NCBI GenBank assembly: GCA_964016885.1
Contig: OZ024761.1
Span: 10,974,001 to 11,038,000, forward strand
Source: Eledone cirrhosa
Lineage: Eukaryota
Length of the DNA: 64,000 bases
Direction of reading: 5' to 3'
Shown: piece by piece, positions 40,271-52,557 of the stretch
How positions within the stretch are numbered: position 1 is the first letter of the stretch
Layout: each line of letters starts with the position of its first letter
The notes under the pieces: model-generated
Told to the model about the DNA's origin: nothing
Database searches by the model: none
The model's input: only the letters and a program-made list of their open reading frames with translations
Made by a program: the position numbers and the translations under genes

Positions 40271-40346
40271 GGCTAATAGTGGTATAATTTAGGAGAACCC
40301 TCTAGCGGCTAATAGTGGTATATATATATATAAATATATATATATA

Positions 40347-43300
40347 TCATCATCATTTTACGTCCGCTTTTCCCTGCTTGCAAGGGTGGGACGGGTCTTA
40401 TTCAGCACAGCATCTCTCCACTCGTCACGGTCCCTCGTCATCTCCACCGTGAGCTTCAATGATCTAAGGTCTGTTCTCACCACCTCCGCCCATGTTTTTC
40501 GTGGTCTACCTCTACCACGTCTTCCTTCAACTGGCATTTCCTGGCACTTCTTCACCCATCGGTCATCCTCCATGCGCATCACATGTCCATACCACCTCAG
40601 TCTCCTCTCCCGTACACTACATTCTATCCCTCTCAGACACAGTTTCTCTCTCAACACATTTATGCTGGGTCGTTCACGCACATTTACACTGCACATCCAA
40701 CGGAGCATGCTTGCCTCATTTCTCTCCAGCCGTCGCATATCTTCTGCGGTAGCTGCCCATGTCTCACTACCATGCAGCATCGCGCTCCTCACACAGGCAT
40801 CATACAACCGGCCTTTCGTACGCAGGGAGAAACCCTTCTTCGTCAACAGAGGAAGCAGCTCCCTAAACTTCTTCCAACCCGTCCTTATTCTAGATACTAT
40901 GGCCTCGGAACACCCTCCTCCCATGCTAATCTGATCTCCTAGGTACCGGAAGCTATCCACCACTTCTATAGCGCCCTCTCGCATTTGAAAAATGTGTCTA
41001 TCAGTGCGACTTCTACTGTCTAATTTCCCTGTACATCTACTGCATACATATTTCTCCCTACCTGTTAGTTTGCCTGCTATCCCGCTACATCTCTTGTGTA
41101 CCCAGGACCTACATTGTGTGCATTTTATAGAATTTATGCCAGTTCCTTTTCTGCATATCGAACATGGCCATTTCCCTGACGGAATCAGGGTTTTGTCCTC
41201 TTTTCTACTCATCAACACTTTTGTCTTAGCTAGATTTACTCTCAGTCCTCTTGCTTCCAACTGCTGTTTCCATAGCCGGAATTTATTCTCTAGCTCCTCT
41301 ACTGATTCTGCCATAAGAGCCAGATCGTCAGCATAGAGAAGTTCCCATGGACAGCCAGTCTTAAACTCCTCTGTTATGGCTTGGAGGACTATAATGAACA
41401 AGAGCGGGCTGAGGACCGAACCCTGATGTACTCCTACTTGTATCTGGAATTCCTCACTAAACTCCATTCCTACCCTGACTTTACTGAGAGTACCTCTGTA
41501 CAAAGTTTGCACTGTCCTTACAAGCCATTCCTCAACACCCAGCTTCCTTAGGGACCACCAGATGACAGATCGGGGTACCCTATCAAAGGCCTTCTCTAGG
41601 TCAACAAAGGCTAAGTATAGTGGCTTATTCTTCTCTAAGAACCTCTCTTGCATTTGTCTCACCAAGAAGAGGGCATCTGTTGTACTCTTCCCAGGCACAA
41701 AACCAAACTGCATCTCATCTAGTTTGACCCTTTCTCTAATTAGTTGTGCTAGAATCCTTTCTGCCACTTTCATAACCTGATCTATCAGTTTTATACCCCT
41801 ATAATTGCTCCTCTCCAAAGCATCCCCTTTACCTTTGTAGCAATTTATGAGAATACTGCTGCACCAGTCTTTGGGTATGACACCACCATATATAGCCTGA
41901 TTGATTATGCGTGCAACCAGTTTAGTGCCTACGTCCCCTGATGCCTTCAGCATCTCAGCAACTATTCCCGATGGTCCGGCCGCCTTACCATTTTTCATTT
42001 CCCTAATCGCCTCTTGGACCCTATATTCGTCAATCTCAATAGCTGGTCCCTCTGTCGGATCTACCAAGGGTAATTTCTCTCTCTCCCATTCGTTCTCCAC
42101 ATTCATCAGTCTCTCATAATGACATTTCCAGGCCTCCTTTTTCTGGTCATTCGTGACACTAAGTACACCGGCATCATCCCGGACACATTTATCACCAACA
42201 ACATCCTGATTTGCATTGACACACTGCCTTGCAATGTGGAACACCGCACGCCTCTGATCTTCCCGTCGCAGAACATTGGCAAACCTCCTACTCTCTGCCT
42301 CCCTGCGTGCTAAGTACACCTGACGTCTAGCTTCTCTCTTAGTGGCTGTATATTCTTCCCTACTCCCACCCTTATTCCAAGCCTTCCATGCTAGTCTTTT
42401 GTCTCTAATAGCCTTATCTACACTGCTGTTCCACCACCAGGTCACTCTCTGTCTGGTTGGAGCTCTGCTCCAGCCACAGGTTTCATCAGTAGCCTTCAGC
42501 AAGTTGTCACGTAAGAACTTCCAGTTATTATCTATGTCATACGTCTCTAAATCGTCTTCTTTTTCGTCATATACATCTTGAAGGGCTTTCCTAAATTTGA
42601 ATTTTAGTGAAAGGTCTTTTAGCTTCCAGACCTTTCTTCTCCACACCTTCCTATATGTCTCATTCCATCTCTTGCTTACTGAGATATCACTAACAACTAA
42701 CCTATGCTGTGGGGTACATTCTTCCCCAGGGTATGCCTTGGTATTAGACACTATCTGCCTGTCCCGCTGCCTAACTAGCAGGAAGTCAATCTGGCTTATG
42801 TGCTCACCAGATTTGTAGGTTATTAGGTGATTGGCAGGTTTCTGGAAGTTTGTGTTGCAAATAGTCAATGTACTTGCATCACAAAATTCAAGAAGTCTCA
42901 CTCCTTCTTCATTTCTTGAACCGTAACCGTGCCCACCATGTACCCCAGTGTAACCATCCTGGAGCTGTCCAACATGACCATTGAAGTCTCCTGCTAGCAT
43001 AACGATGTCTCCGTCCTCTGTCATTGTGGTTGTTTGCAAAAGTTGCTCATAAAAGCAGTCTTTCTCATCTTTGCCTAGGCCTGCTTGGGGAGCATAGACC
43101 GAGATGATTGTCAGTAGTCTCCTACCTACAACTAATCTAAGCTTAATTATTCGATTACTAACTCGAACTACCTCTATTGTCTTATTGATCCATTTCTCAG
43201 CCAGGAAAATGCCTACTCCCCCTAACCCATCATCCTTACCTACCCAGAATAGCTTATAGCTAAGACGCTTGCCTACGACTAGTCTCGCAGAGGCACCCCT

Positions 43301-43502
43301 CCATCTCACCTCTTGCACGCAGCACACATCCACCTGCCTTCTCTCCAGCATCTCCGCTATTTCAGCAGACCTACCTCTGAGAGTGCCAACATTAAGTGTT
43401 GCAACTCTGAGATGCGACGTCTTCATATTTTTCTATGCTGTTTTGTTGCTGTGCTGATAAGCTTTTTGGCATTGATACACTGGTTGGATGCCCTTCCTAA
43501 CA

Positions 43503-43505
<3 letters not shown>
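40347..43505 (-). mobile_element. RTE-clade LINE with complete ORF, short 5' UTR and (GAT)n tail, inserted in (TA)n
   Basis: Single uninterrupted ORF; TA runs on both sides. Confidence 0.95.
40358..43426 (-). CDS. RTE LINE protein: AP endonuclease, reverse transcriptase and C4HC3 PHD-type finger (1022 aa)
   Basis: APE motifs TLNVGTL, CVQEVRW, GDFNGHVG, QIDFLL, PQHRLV; RT motifs FVDLEKAFD, GVHQGSVLSP, YADD; CSIC-CTQC-HKRC-CSRC. Confidence 0.96.
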   Translation of the reverse strand: MKTSHLRVATLNVGTLRGRSAEIAEMLERRQVDVCCVQEVRWRGASARLVVGKRLSYKLFWVGKDDGLGGVGIFLAEKWINKTIEVVRVSNRIIKLRLVVGRRLLTIISVYAPQAGLGKDEKDCFYEQLLQTTTMTEDGDIVMLAGDFNGHVGQLQDGYTGVHGGHGYGSRNEEGVRLLEFCDASTLTICNTNFQKPANHLITYKSGEHISQIDFLLVRQRDRQIVSNTKAYPGEECTPQHRLVVSDISVSKRWNETYRKVWRRKVWKLKDLSLKFKFRKALQDVYDEKEDDLETYDIDNNWKFLRDNLLKATDETCGWSRAPTRQRVTWWWNSSVDKAIRDKRLAWKAWNKGGSREEYTATKREARRQVYLARREAESRRFANVLRREDQRRAVFHIARQCVNANQDVVGDKCVRDDAGVLSVTNDQKKEAWKCHYERLMNVENEWEREKLPLVDPTEGPAIEIDEYRVQEAIREMKNGKAAGPSGIVAEMLKASGDVGTKLVARIINQAIYGGVIPKDWCSSILINCYKGKGDALERSNYRGIKLIDQVMKVAERILAQLIRERVKLDEMQFGFVPGKSTTDALFLVRQMQERFLEKNKPLYLAFVDLEKAFDRVPRSVIWWSLRKLGVEEWLVRTVQTLYRGTLSKVRVGMEFSEEFQIQVGVHQGSVLSPLLFIIVLQAITEEFKTGCPWELLYADDLALMAESVEELENKFRLWKQQLEARGLRVNLAKTKVLMSRKEDKTLIPSGKWPCSICRKGTGINSIKCTQCRSWVHKRCSGIAGKLTGREKYVCSRCTGKLDSRSRTDRHIFQMREGAIEVVDSFRYLGDQISMGGGCSEAIVSRIRTGWKKFRELLPLLTKKGFSLRTKGRLYDACVRSAMLHGSETWAATAEDMRRLERNEASMLRWMCSVNVRERPSINVLREKLCLRGIECSVRERRLRWYGHVMRMEDDRWVKKCQEMPVEGRRGRGRPRKTWAEVVRTDLRSLKLTVEMTRDRDEWRDAVLNKTRPTLASREKRT

Positions 43506-43539
<34 letters not shown>

Positions 43540-43544
<5 letters not shown>

Positions 43545-43855
43545 CGGCGATGAATTAGTTTTGCGAGGTTTTTTATATGAAATCGTGTGTCGAAACAAAT
43601 ATTGTTATACTTGGGGAGGGTCATATTTGTGTTATATTGCCAGAATTAATAACAGAACACACTCACTGTTTGGTTGGTTTTATTGTATCTGTATTTTTGA
43701 CCGTTGGTCAGTCAATGGCAACATTGAGGACCGAATAAATTAAATTAACCGATATAAAAGACACAGAAGCGAAAACCAACCAAACAGTGAGTGTGTTCTA
43801 TTATTAATTCTGGCAATATTACACAAATATGACCCTCCCCAAGTATAACAATATA
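43540..43855. mobile_element. Inverted-repeat element, family G
   Basis: About 85-bp arms 43598-43682 and 43772-43855; pieces also at 1079-1262 and 49831-49930. Confidence 0.75.
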
Positions 43856-44399
43856 TATATACACACATATATATATAAATGTATATATGTGTGTGTGCTA
43901 CATTTGTGTATATCTATGTGAGTGTGTGTGTTAGATGTGTAAGTATGTATGTGTGTGTATATTGCAAGCCTAGCAAGGACATTAAATGATGATGATGATA
44001 TATATATATCATCATCATCATCATCATCATTTAACGTCCATTTTCCCTGCTAGCAAGAGTTGGACAGTTTGTCACAGATTGGGTCAGGACTCAGGCGGAG
44101 CAACTAACTTCTCAGCTGGGCTGAGGGACCTCCACCACCACCACTACCACCACAACATTCACCATCACCAACACTACACCACAACAATCACCATCACCAA
44201 CACTACACCACAACAATCACCATCACCAACACTACACCACAACAATCACCATCACTACCACCACAACAATCACCATGTATGGTCAATGTTTATATCTCAC
44301 AACATCTTACAGATCACAAAAAAAAACACACACACTGTATTTTTTGTTGAAATGCCAGTCTGAGGAGCAGATTGAAAACAAACTTGCTTTGTTTATGTT

Positions 44400-44503
<104 letters not shown>

Positions 44504-44541
44504 ATATTAACAAATGGAAACTATATTTATAAAACCATATT

Positions 44542-44607
44542 TATTTTATTATACATATTTCAAGGGCCACCAAGGCAAATTATGGTGCGCTTTCATCAGA
44601 TAAAATA
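44542..44607 (-). ncRNA. Minimal type I hammerhead ribozyme (sense to SPATA22 pre-mRNA)
   Basis: Minus strand: tattttat-CTGATGA-aagcgcacca(10 nt)tggtggccctt-GAAA-tatgta-TA-ataaaata. Confidence 0.8.
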
Positions 44608-44976
44608 CAATACAGATTAGTTTTATAAATAAATATTGACATACCCTGAAAAAAGAATTTTGACAACCAAAAATTTGAAAAAAAATAATAAACAACCTCG
44701 GCCTCCAGGACGCACAGTAGATTCTCGAGACTTATTTTAAGAAAAAAGTAGCGTCTTCGATGTCGGGAAATATGGTAAATATATATTTAAAGGATAAAGA
44801 TCCCATAACTGTTTGTGGAGTTGTAGAGGCTCTGTCATATGGTGTCTAGGGTACTTTTAAACCTGGCGAAGCTGGTACTTTTTTTTTATCGACCTTGAAA
44901 AGATGAAGGACAAAATGAGGTGGACGAATACTGTAAAGCATTCTATCCAACATCTTGACGACTGTGCCAATTCAGT

Positions 44977-45017
44977 CTGAGCTGAAGATCCGCATAAGGT
45001 GAAACAATTGTTCTCGG
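44977..45017 (+). ncRNA. Minimal type I hammerhead ribozyme with weak stem II
   Basis: ctgag-CTGAAGA-tcc(gcataa)ggt-GAAA-caattg-TT-ctcgg; palindromic stem III. Confidence 0.65.
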
Positions 45018-45786
45018 TAAGGTGAACTAACTGTTGTGTAACCACTTCTACCTAACTCGTCCCATGGACTGAGCGCTCTACCACTACGGATATTACCTTC
45101 CAGTGTTCTACCTTTATATATATATATATATAGGAACGAGTAGGACCCCGACGGCTGAGCTCAAGCCGTTTCGACGGCTAATTCTGGGCTAAAAAAAGTA
45201 TTGAGTACTTTGGTGCGTTATGGTCCACCTGGTTCCTTACCACATTTCCTTCGTTATATATATATATATATATATATATATTATGATATCAATCTTGTAA
45301 ACAGACACATGGTGTGTGTCATAAGACATACAGTTGGTAACCTGCAGTTGTTGTCGCTTCTAATTACATTATTAATGAGAAAACTAAATTATGACACAAA
45401 TGCACCAGCTCTTACAGTGGTTGCTCCACCGTACGATAATCATATATTACATGTTATTTATTACTTCATCTTCCATAGAATCAGTTTAAGACAGGCTTAA
45501 CGTTTGAATCACAGAGAAAACTTCCACTCGTCTATAATCCACTTATTAATACATGTTGCTTAATGAATACTGCTTCTGTGACGTTCGTTAGACTAAGTGT
45601 TCGTTAATTCAGTTTAATTAACACTGATGAATAAGTTTAGCTGAAAACCATTCAGATTTATGAATTAGAATCTGCAAAGTTTGCTGAAGCAACATAAAAG
45701 CTTTGCTAGAACCAAGAAGAAAAGATTCTGATTATTAACTCTTTTGCTGCCATATTTTTAACTAAGATTTATTTCAACACACTGGC

Positions 45787-46112
45787 GTGTATGTGTACAT
45801 GTGTGTGTACGTGTGTGTACATGTGTATGCATACATTTATATGTCTGTGTACATGTGTGTGTACGTGTGTGTACAGGTGTATGCATACATTTATATGTCT
45901 GTGTACATGTGTGTGTACGTGTGTGTACATGTGTATGCATACATTTATATGTATGTGTACATGTGTGTGTACGTGTGTGTACAGGTGTATGCATACATTT
46001 ATATGTCTGTGTACATGTGTGTGTACGTGTGTGTACATGTGTATGCATACATTTATATGTCTGTGTACATGTGTGTGTACGTGTGTGTACATGTGTATGC
46101 ATACATTTATAG
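45787..46112. repeat. 54-bp minisatellite, 6 units
   Basis: GTACATGTGTGTGTACGTGTGTGTACATGTGTATGCATACATTTATATGTCTGT. Confidence 0.9.
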
Positions 46113-46337
46113 GTATGAGTATATAAATATAAACACGCAAACACAAACACACTTACAATATAAATAGCTTCCTCATTATTAAGTGTGGGGATTGGGGCCT
46201 TGCTGGAAGTATAAGGGTTAGTGAAGTCATAGGTTTGAAGGGCCTTACCAGAAGTATAAGGGTCAGTGATGCCTTGTCAGGGTCCCTACAGTCACATGCT
46301 GGGCTGACTTTCATTTTCAATCAATAGAACTTTATGT

Positions 46338-46545
46338 AAGCGCATCTCCCTTACCATCCTCCGGGGAAACGCCTTCTCCATTCTGTCCGCCAGGGCTGTG
46401 GGGAGGCCAGCACGTGGGGTCCCATTTGCTCACCATACAGAGAGATGGGGCGGGCCAGAGAGATGGGAGTGATGACAGTGGGAGTTCAGCTGTTCTTTCA
46501 TGTTTGCTTAGGTTACAATTGCATTAGTAAAGCGATAAAAATAAT
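46338..46545 (+). mobile_element. 3' fragment of a CRE-like (restriction-like endonuclease) non-LTR element
   Basis: KRISLTILRGNAFSIL resembles the QR.S.A.QRGNA..(V/I)L terminal motif. Confidence 0.55.
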
Positions 46546-47188
46546 TAAACTATTGTAACCTTATTGTATTACTATTTTCAAAGCGCCTTTAACCTTGATT
46601 TCCCGTTACTCTGAAATTCTGAATACTGTAAGGGTCTTATAAAACTATGTTGGAAAATTTTGATTTAAATTGAAACCTTTAAATGGGTGGTTTTATTTCA
46701 TAAAAGCGAAAACTGGTTTGGGCCAGGTTGGTAAAAGGGTTAAATTCATAGATAGCCTGATTTCGTTCAGATTTTTTTACAATCTAGTTAAAACAAATGA
46801 TAGTCTTCATTACATAAAATAATGTTGGGAGATTTTTAATCTAAATAGAAACCCTTTAAAAATAGTGGTTTTGTTTTATAGAACCAGAGCCAATTCTGGC
46901 TAGGAAGATATAAAAAGAAGTTAAAATGGTGCCCCAGCATGACAGAAACCAATAAAGGAATGAAAATAATAAAATATATAAACAAGCCAAAGCAAATGGG
47001 ATTAAGAATAGCTAAATGTGTTATATAATATTTTGAAAATACCCAAGAATGACAAGGTCATAACAGATATAAATCATTAATTAATATAAAATTTAATTAA
47101 TTTAATGAGAATATATTAGAGTAAATGTTAGATATATGGCCTCATTAATAGTGGCTGAATTACATGAGGGAGAAATTCCAGCATAAAC

Positions 47189-47430
47189 ATTAACCCTTTC
47201 ATTACCATATTTCTAATGAAAGACACTGTCTATGTCATTAACCCTTTCATTACATTACCATATTTCTAATGAAAGACACTGTCTATGTCATTAACCCTTT
47301 CATTACCATATTTCTAATGAAAGACACTGTCTATGTCATTAACCCTTTCATTACCATATTTCTAATGAAAGACACTGTCTATGTCATTAACCCTTTCATT
47401 ACCATATTTCTAATATCTATAATGAAAGAC
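47189..47430 (+). repeat. 48-bp minisatellite, about 5 units
   Basis: Same unit as 21805-22140. Confidence 0.9.
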
Positions 47431-48126
47431 AATTTGAAATGGAGAAGGAATTGAGGAGAACTAGGGAAGGAATGTAACAGAGGTCTGTGAGGACCACTGT
47501 ATTATATGGTGGAGGGATGTTACAGGGGTCTGTGAGGACCACTGTATTATATGGTGGAGGGATGTTACAGGGGTCTGTGAGGACCACTGTATTATATGGT
47601 GGAGGGATGTTACAAGGGACTCTGAGAACCATTGTATAAGATGGGGAAGGAATTTAGGAGAACTGGGATTGCAAATGAGAGGAATGTGAGAGAACTCTGA
47701 GAACCGAGGTTAACTTTGCCTTCCATCCTTACGGGGTCGATAAAATTAAGTACCAGTAATGTACTGGGATAATTGTTGGCCTTGTGTCAAAATTAGAAAC
47801 AATTATATTATATAAGGTGAGGGATGTGACAGGGTCTCTGAGACCCATTATATTATATGGAGGAGGGGTGTGACAGGGTCTCTGAGACCCATTATATTAA
47901 ATGAGGTGAGGATGTGACAGGGGTCTGAGAACCATTACATTATATTAAAAGGGGGTAATTAATATGGGGAAGAAATAGCTAAAAGGAACGGGTGTCTGAA
48001 CACTGAGTCAGAAACAAACACCAAACAATGACTCTGCGATAACAAAACAGGATTTTACTCCCATGACATTGAAATGAAAGGAAACAGAAAAAGGTAAAGT
48101 TAAAAGCTAAATAAACATTTACTTAC

Positions 48127-48298
48127 CATAAACCTCACAGAGGATAGGAAATCTCTCATTGTACTTCAAGTAGTAATTTTTCAGGTCTTTGATAAAAATT
48201 GTAAGGACGGGGTTAATGGTTGTATTAAGTGCTGCTCTCTGAACAGGTTTTTGGTCCTTTCTACTGGCTGTGTTTGACACCATACCACTGACATTAAC
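48127..48298 (-). CDS. SPATA22: SPATA22 exon (linker and start of OB fold)
   Basis: ttcag|GTT AAT ... GTT TAT G|gtaagt ends VLTIFIKDLKNYYLKYNERFPILCEVY(G), compare SPATA22 IISAVIESMKYW...LLFEVLA; phase 1 joins 35338. Confidence 0.9.
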
Positions 48299-48329
48299 CT
48301 GAATATATATACAAACAACAGGTGTTAGG

Positions 48330-48765
48330 TGGTTGTGTATGTGTGTGTGTGTTTGTGTGTGTGTATATATGTATGCGTGTGTATGAATATATATGTATGT
48401 ATGTGTGTGTATGTTTGTGTGTGTGTGTGTGTATATATGTGTGTGTATATGTATGTGTGTGTGTGTATATATGTATGTATGTGTATGTATGTGTGTGCCT
48501 GTGTGTGTGTGTATATGTATATGTATGTATGAATGTATATATGTATGCATGGGTGTATGTATATATGCATGCATATATGTGTGTATGTATGCATATGTAT
48601 GCATGCATATATGTGTGTATGTATGTATATGTATGTATGTATGTGTATGCATGTATGTATGTATGTATATATGCGTGTTTGTGTGTATGTGTGTGTATGT
48701 ATGTATGTATATGTGTCTCTCTGTGTATGTATATGTACATATATATATATGTATATATATATGTA
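48330..48765. repeat. (TG)/(TATG) compound microsatellite
   Basis: Directly visible. Confidence 0.9.
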
Positions 48766-49769
48766 CCGTGCAGTTAAACCACTGGGAGTGAAGGACCCCT
48801 AGCCCTTGTCAGAGCATTCTTCTAGGCGAAGGCAACTCAGGAAACTGGGATAACTCCGACATAAAACCTGCGGCTCAGTAGTTACCGATGATGTTGATCT
48901 ATTCTTCTATTCAGGTTATAGCTAGTGTCTCTCAGAGAGTGGGATTGGCTCAGTGCCGTCTTTCCTCACTTTAAAATATATCTTCACGCTCAGGCATTGC
49001 ACGATAGAATTAATTGATAATTATTTCTACTTTTGGCACAAGGCCAGCAATTACCCAGTGCATTACTGGTATTATTTTATCAACCTCGTAAGGATGAAAG
49101 GCAAAGTTAACCTCGGCGGGATTTGAACTCAGAATGGCAAGGGCCGTAACTCTATGCGTCAAAGCATGGCGTCTGACGCTCTACCGATACTTGATAATGG
49201 TATATCGTGCAATGGCCATACTTGATAACGAGGGGGCAGCCATTATGTGTATATGTATGGATCCGTAGCTCCCTGTTGGAGTGGTAGGGGGGGCGGTAGT
49301 GGTAGAACAAAGAAGGAAAGAGAGAAAGAAAGAAAGAAAGAGGGGAATAAAGAAGGAAAGAGGGGAATAAAGAAGGAAAGGGAGAAAGAAAAAAGACAAA
49401 GAGAGAAAAGTAGTGAATATTAGTCAGCTCTTCTTCAACTGTTAGGACAAGTGTTGCTGTTGCTGCTGTTGTTGTTGTTGTTGCTGTTGCTGGGTTATGT
49501 ATGGTAGGGTGGGGTACAAGGAGTAGGCTGGAGGTCAAATACAGATTTTGACTAAGATGACCTTTAGCTAGGAATTATAAAAGCAAAGGAGAAATTGAAA
49601 TTAAATAAGGAAGACAGGTGTAAAATATTTGATTGGCTGTTGCTAAGGTAGAGAGGAGATATAAGTGATGGGAGGAGGAGGTGGAGGTTTGTTGTGTATG
49701 GTAAGGAAATATAGTCTGCTCCAGAATGGTCAGCACTGCAGCAGAGAGAAGATATTTCAGTAATTCGAG

Positions 49770-49837
<68 letters not shown>

Positions 49838-49923
49838 ATACTTGGGGAGGATCATATTGTTGTAATAATATTGTCAGAAATAATAACAGAACACACTCAC
49901 TGTTTGGTTGGTTTTCACTTCTG

Positions 49924-49972
<49 letters not shown>

Positions 49973-49973
49973 T

Positions 49974-50018
<45 letters not shown>

Positions 50019-50085
50019 CATATATTATATATACATATATTATATATACATATATTATAAATACATATATTATATATACATATAT

Positions 50086-50147
<62 letters not shown>

Positions 50148-50154
<7 letters not shown>

Positions 50155-50332
50155 GGCTTCTACAACTAGAACTGTGTCATTCGTAAGAAATCCTCACTGT
50201 TTTCCTGATGATTTCTCCCGAATGAAACAGTTCTAGTCCTGTAGAAGCCATTTCTATATTAAATATATATACTCTGCACTGTATTGAGTACCTTACTTAC
50301 TGTTCCCCCCCCCCCCCATTGAACCCGGGATA

Positions 50333-50335
<3 letters not shown>
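50148..50335. mobile_element. Palindromic fold-back element, family A, with degenerate hammerhead cores
   Basis: CTGATGA-tttctcccgaat-GAAA-cagttctag-TC; an inverted sister copy lies at 51260-51455. Confidence 0.7.
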
Positions 50336-50389
<54 letters not shown>

Positions 50390-50393
<4 letters not shown>

Positions 50394-50682
50394 AAAAAGA
50401 GATGAAATCGAAAATGCAACTGGAGTCTTATTTTTTTTTTAAATATATATATTTATTTGGTTTCTTTACCGGTTTCGCAGTTCTTCTGCTTTTCAAAAGG
50501 TGAGTTGAGATGGAGCGCCTGTGGTTTTTCTCACATCTGAGAAAAACCACAGACCCTCCATCTCAACTCACCTTTTGAAAAGCAGAAGAACTGCGAAACC
50601 GGTAAAGGAACCAAATATATATATATATTTTTTTTAAAAATCAGACTCCAGTTGCATTTTCGATTTCATCTCTTTTTCTTTA
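50390..50682. mobile_element. Palindromic element (about 140-bp arms) with a hammerhead variant in each arm
   Basis: Arms are near-perfect reverse complements centred at about 50535. Confidence 0.85.
50571..50608 (+). ncRNA. Minimal hammerhead ribozyme, U3-A8 core variant (mirror copy 50463-50500 on minus)
   Basis: cctt-TTGAAAA-gcag(aagaa)ctgc-GAAA-ccgg-TA-aagg. Confidence 0.7.
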
Positions 50683-50756
50683 TACTTTCACTTGTGTAGG
50701 ACACCTCGGTTATTTTTCAATTTGTAAAAAAAACCTCACTTTCTAATATATATATA

Positions 50757-51263
<507 letters not shown>

Positions 51264-51504
51264 AGTCCTGGGTTTCAATTGTAGGTACTCACAGTAAGTG
51301 AAGTACTCAATACATTAATAGAGTATATACAAAATTTAATATAGAAATGTCTTCTACAGGACTAGAACTGTGTCATTTGTATGAAATCATCAGGAAAACC
51401 GTGATGATTCCTTACGAATGACACAGTTCTAGTCCTGTAGAAGCCATTGCTACATATATATATATAAGGAAAATGGATGTTAAATAATGATGATGTTAGA
51501 AATG

Positions 51505-51900
51505 CAATGCCCCAGCATGGCCACAGTCTAATGACTGAAACTGGGACAATATGATAGACTAAATTCTTTCAAACCAATGCCCCAGCATGGCCACAGTCTC
51601 ATGTGTGAAACTGGGACAATATGATAGACTAAATTCTTTCAAACCAATGCCCCAGCATGGCCACAGTTTCATGTGTGAAACTGGGACAATATGATAGACT
51701 AAATTCTTTCAAACCAATGCCCCAGCATGGCCACAGTCTCATGTGTGAAACTGGGACAATATGATAGGCTAAATTCTTTCAAACCAATGCCCCAGCATGG
51801 CCACAGTCTAATGACTGAAACTGGGACAATATGATAGACTAAATTCTTTCAAACCAATGCCCCAGCATGGCCACAGTCTCATGTGTGAAACTGGGACAAT
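51505..51900. repeat. 70-bp minisatellite, about 6 units
   Basis: Contains GCCCCAGCATGGCCACAGTC..TGAAAC, a SINE-tail-like motif also seen at about 46930. Confidence 0.88.
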
Positions 51901-52008
51901 AATAAAATCTACCATGTAGTTAATTATAATTCTGGGATTGGCTGGAATAATGAAGTGAAAGAGGTTGGGAAACTTGAAGAATCTACTGTTCCATGAGATT
52001 AAACTATG

Positions 52009-52463
52009 ACTGAGTAGTTGAGGTACTTGCTTCACTACCACTACCACTGAGTAGTTGAGATACTTGCTTCACTACCACTACCACTGAGTAGTTGAGGTAC
52101 TTGCTTCACTACCACTACCACTGAGTAGTTGAGATACTTGCTTCACTACCACTACCACTGAGTAGTTGAGGTACTTGCTTCACTACCACTACCACTGAGT
52201 AGTTGAGATACTTGCTTCACTACCACTACCACTGAGTAGTTGAGGTACTTGCTTCACTACCACTACCACTGAGTAGTTGAGATACTTGCTTCACTACCAC
52301 TACCACTGAGTAGTTGAGGTACTTGCTTCACTACCACTACCACTGAGTAGTTGAGGTACTTGCTTCACTACCACTACCACTGAGTAGTTGAGATACTTGC
52401 TTCACTACCACTACCACTGAGTAGTTGAGATACTTGCTTCACTACCACTACCACTACCACTGA
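52009..52463. repeat. 37-bp minisatellite, 12 units
   Basis: ACTGAGTAGTTGAG(G/A)TACTTGCTTCACTACCACTACC. Confidence 0.93.
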
Positions 52464-52557
52464 GGTCTTTGACCTCTTAGGTTATTTTAAGTCAGAATTT
52501 GAAGCCTTTATTTTTATTTTACTATAAATTTTCCCAACAATCTGTCCACTAGTAATG

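Noticed and set aside
45621-45660. CTGATGA...GAAA on the plus strand
   Set aside because: Stems I-III do not pair convincingly
48771-48900. Possible RTE 5' UTR or HDV-like ribozyme
   Set aside because: Only a vague motif resemblance; I could not build the nested double pseudoknot by eye
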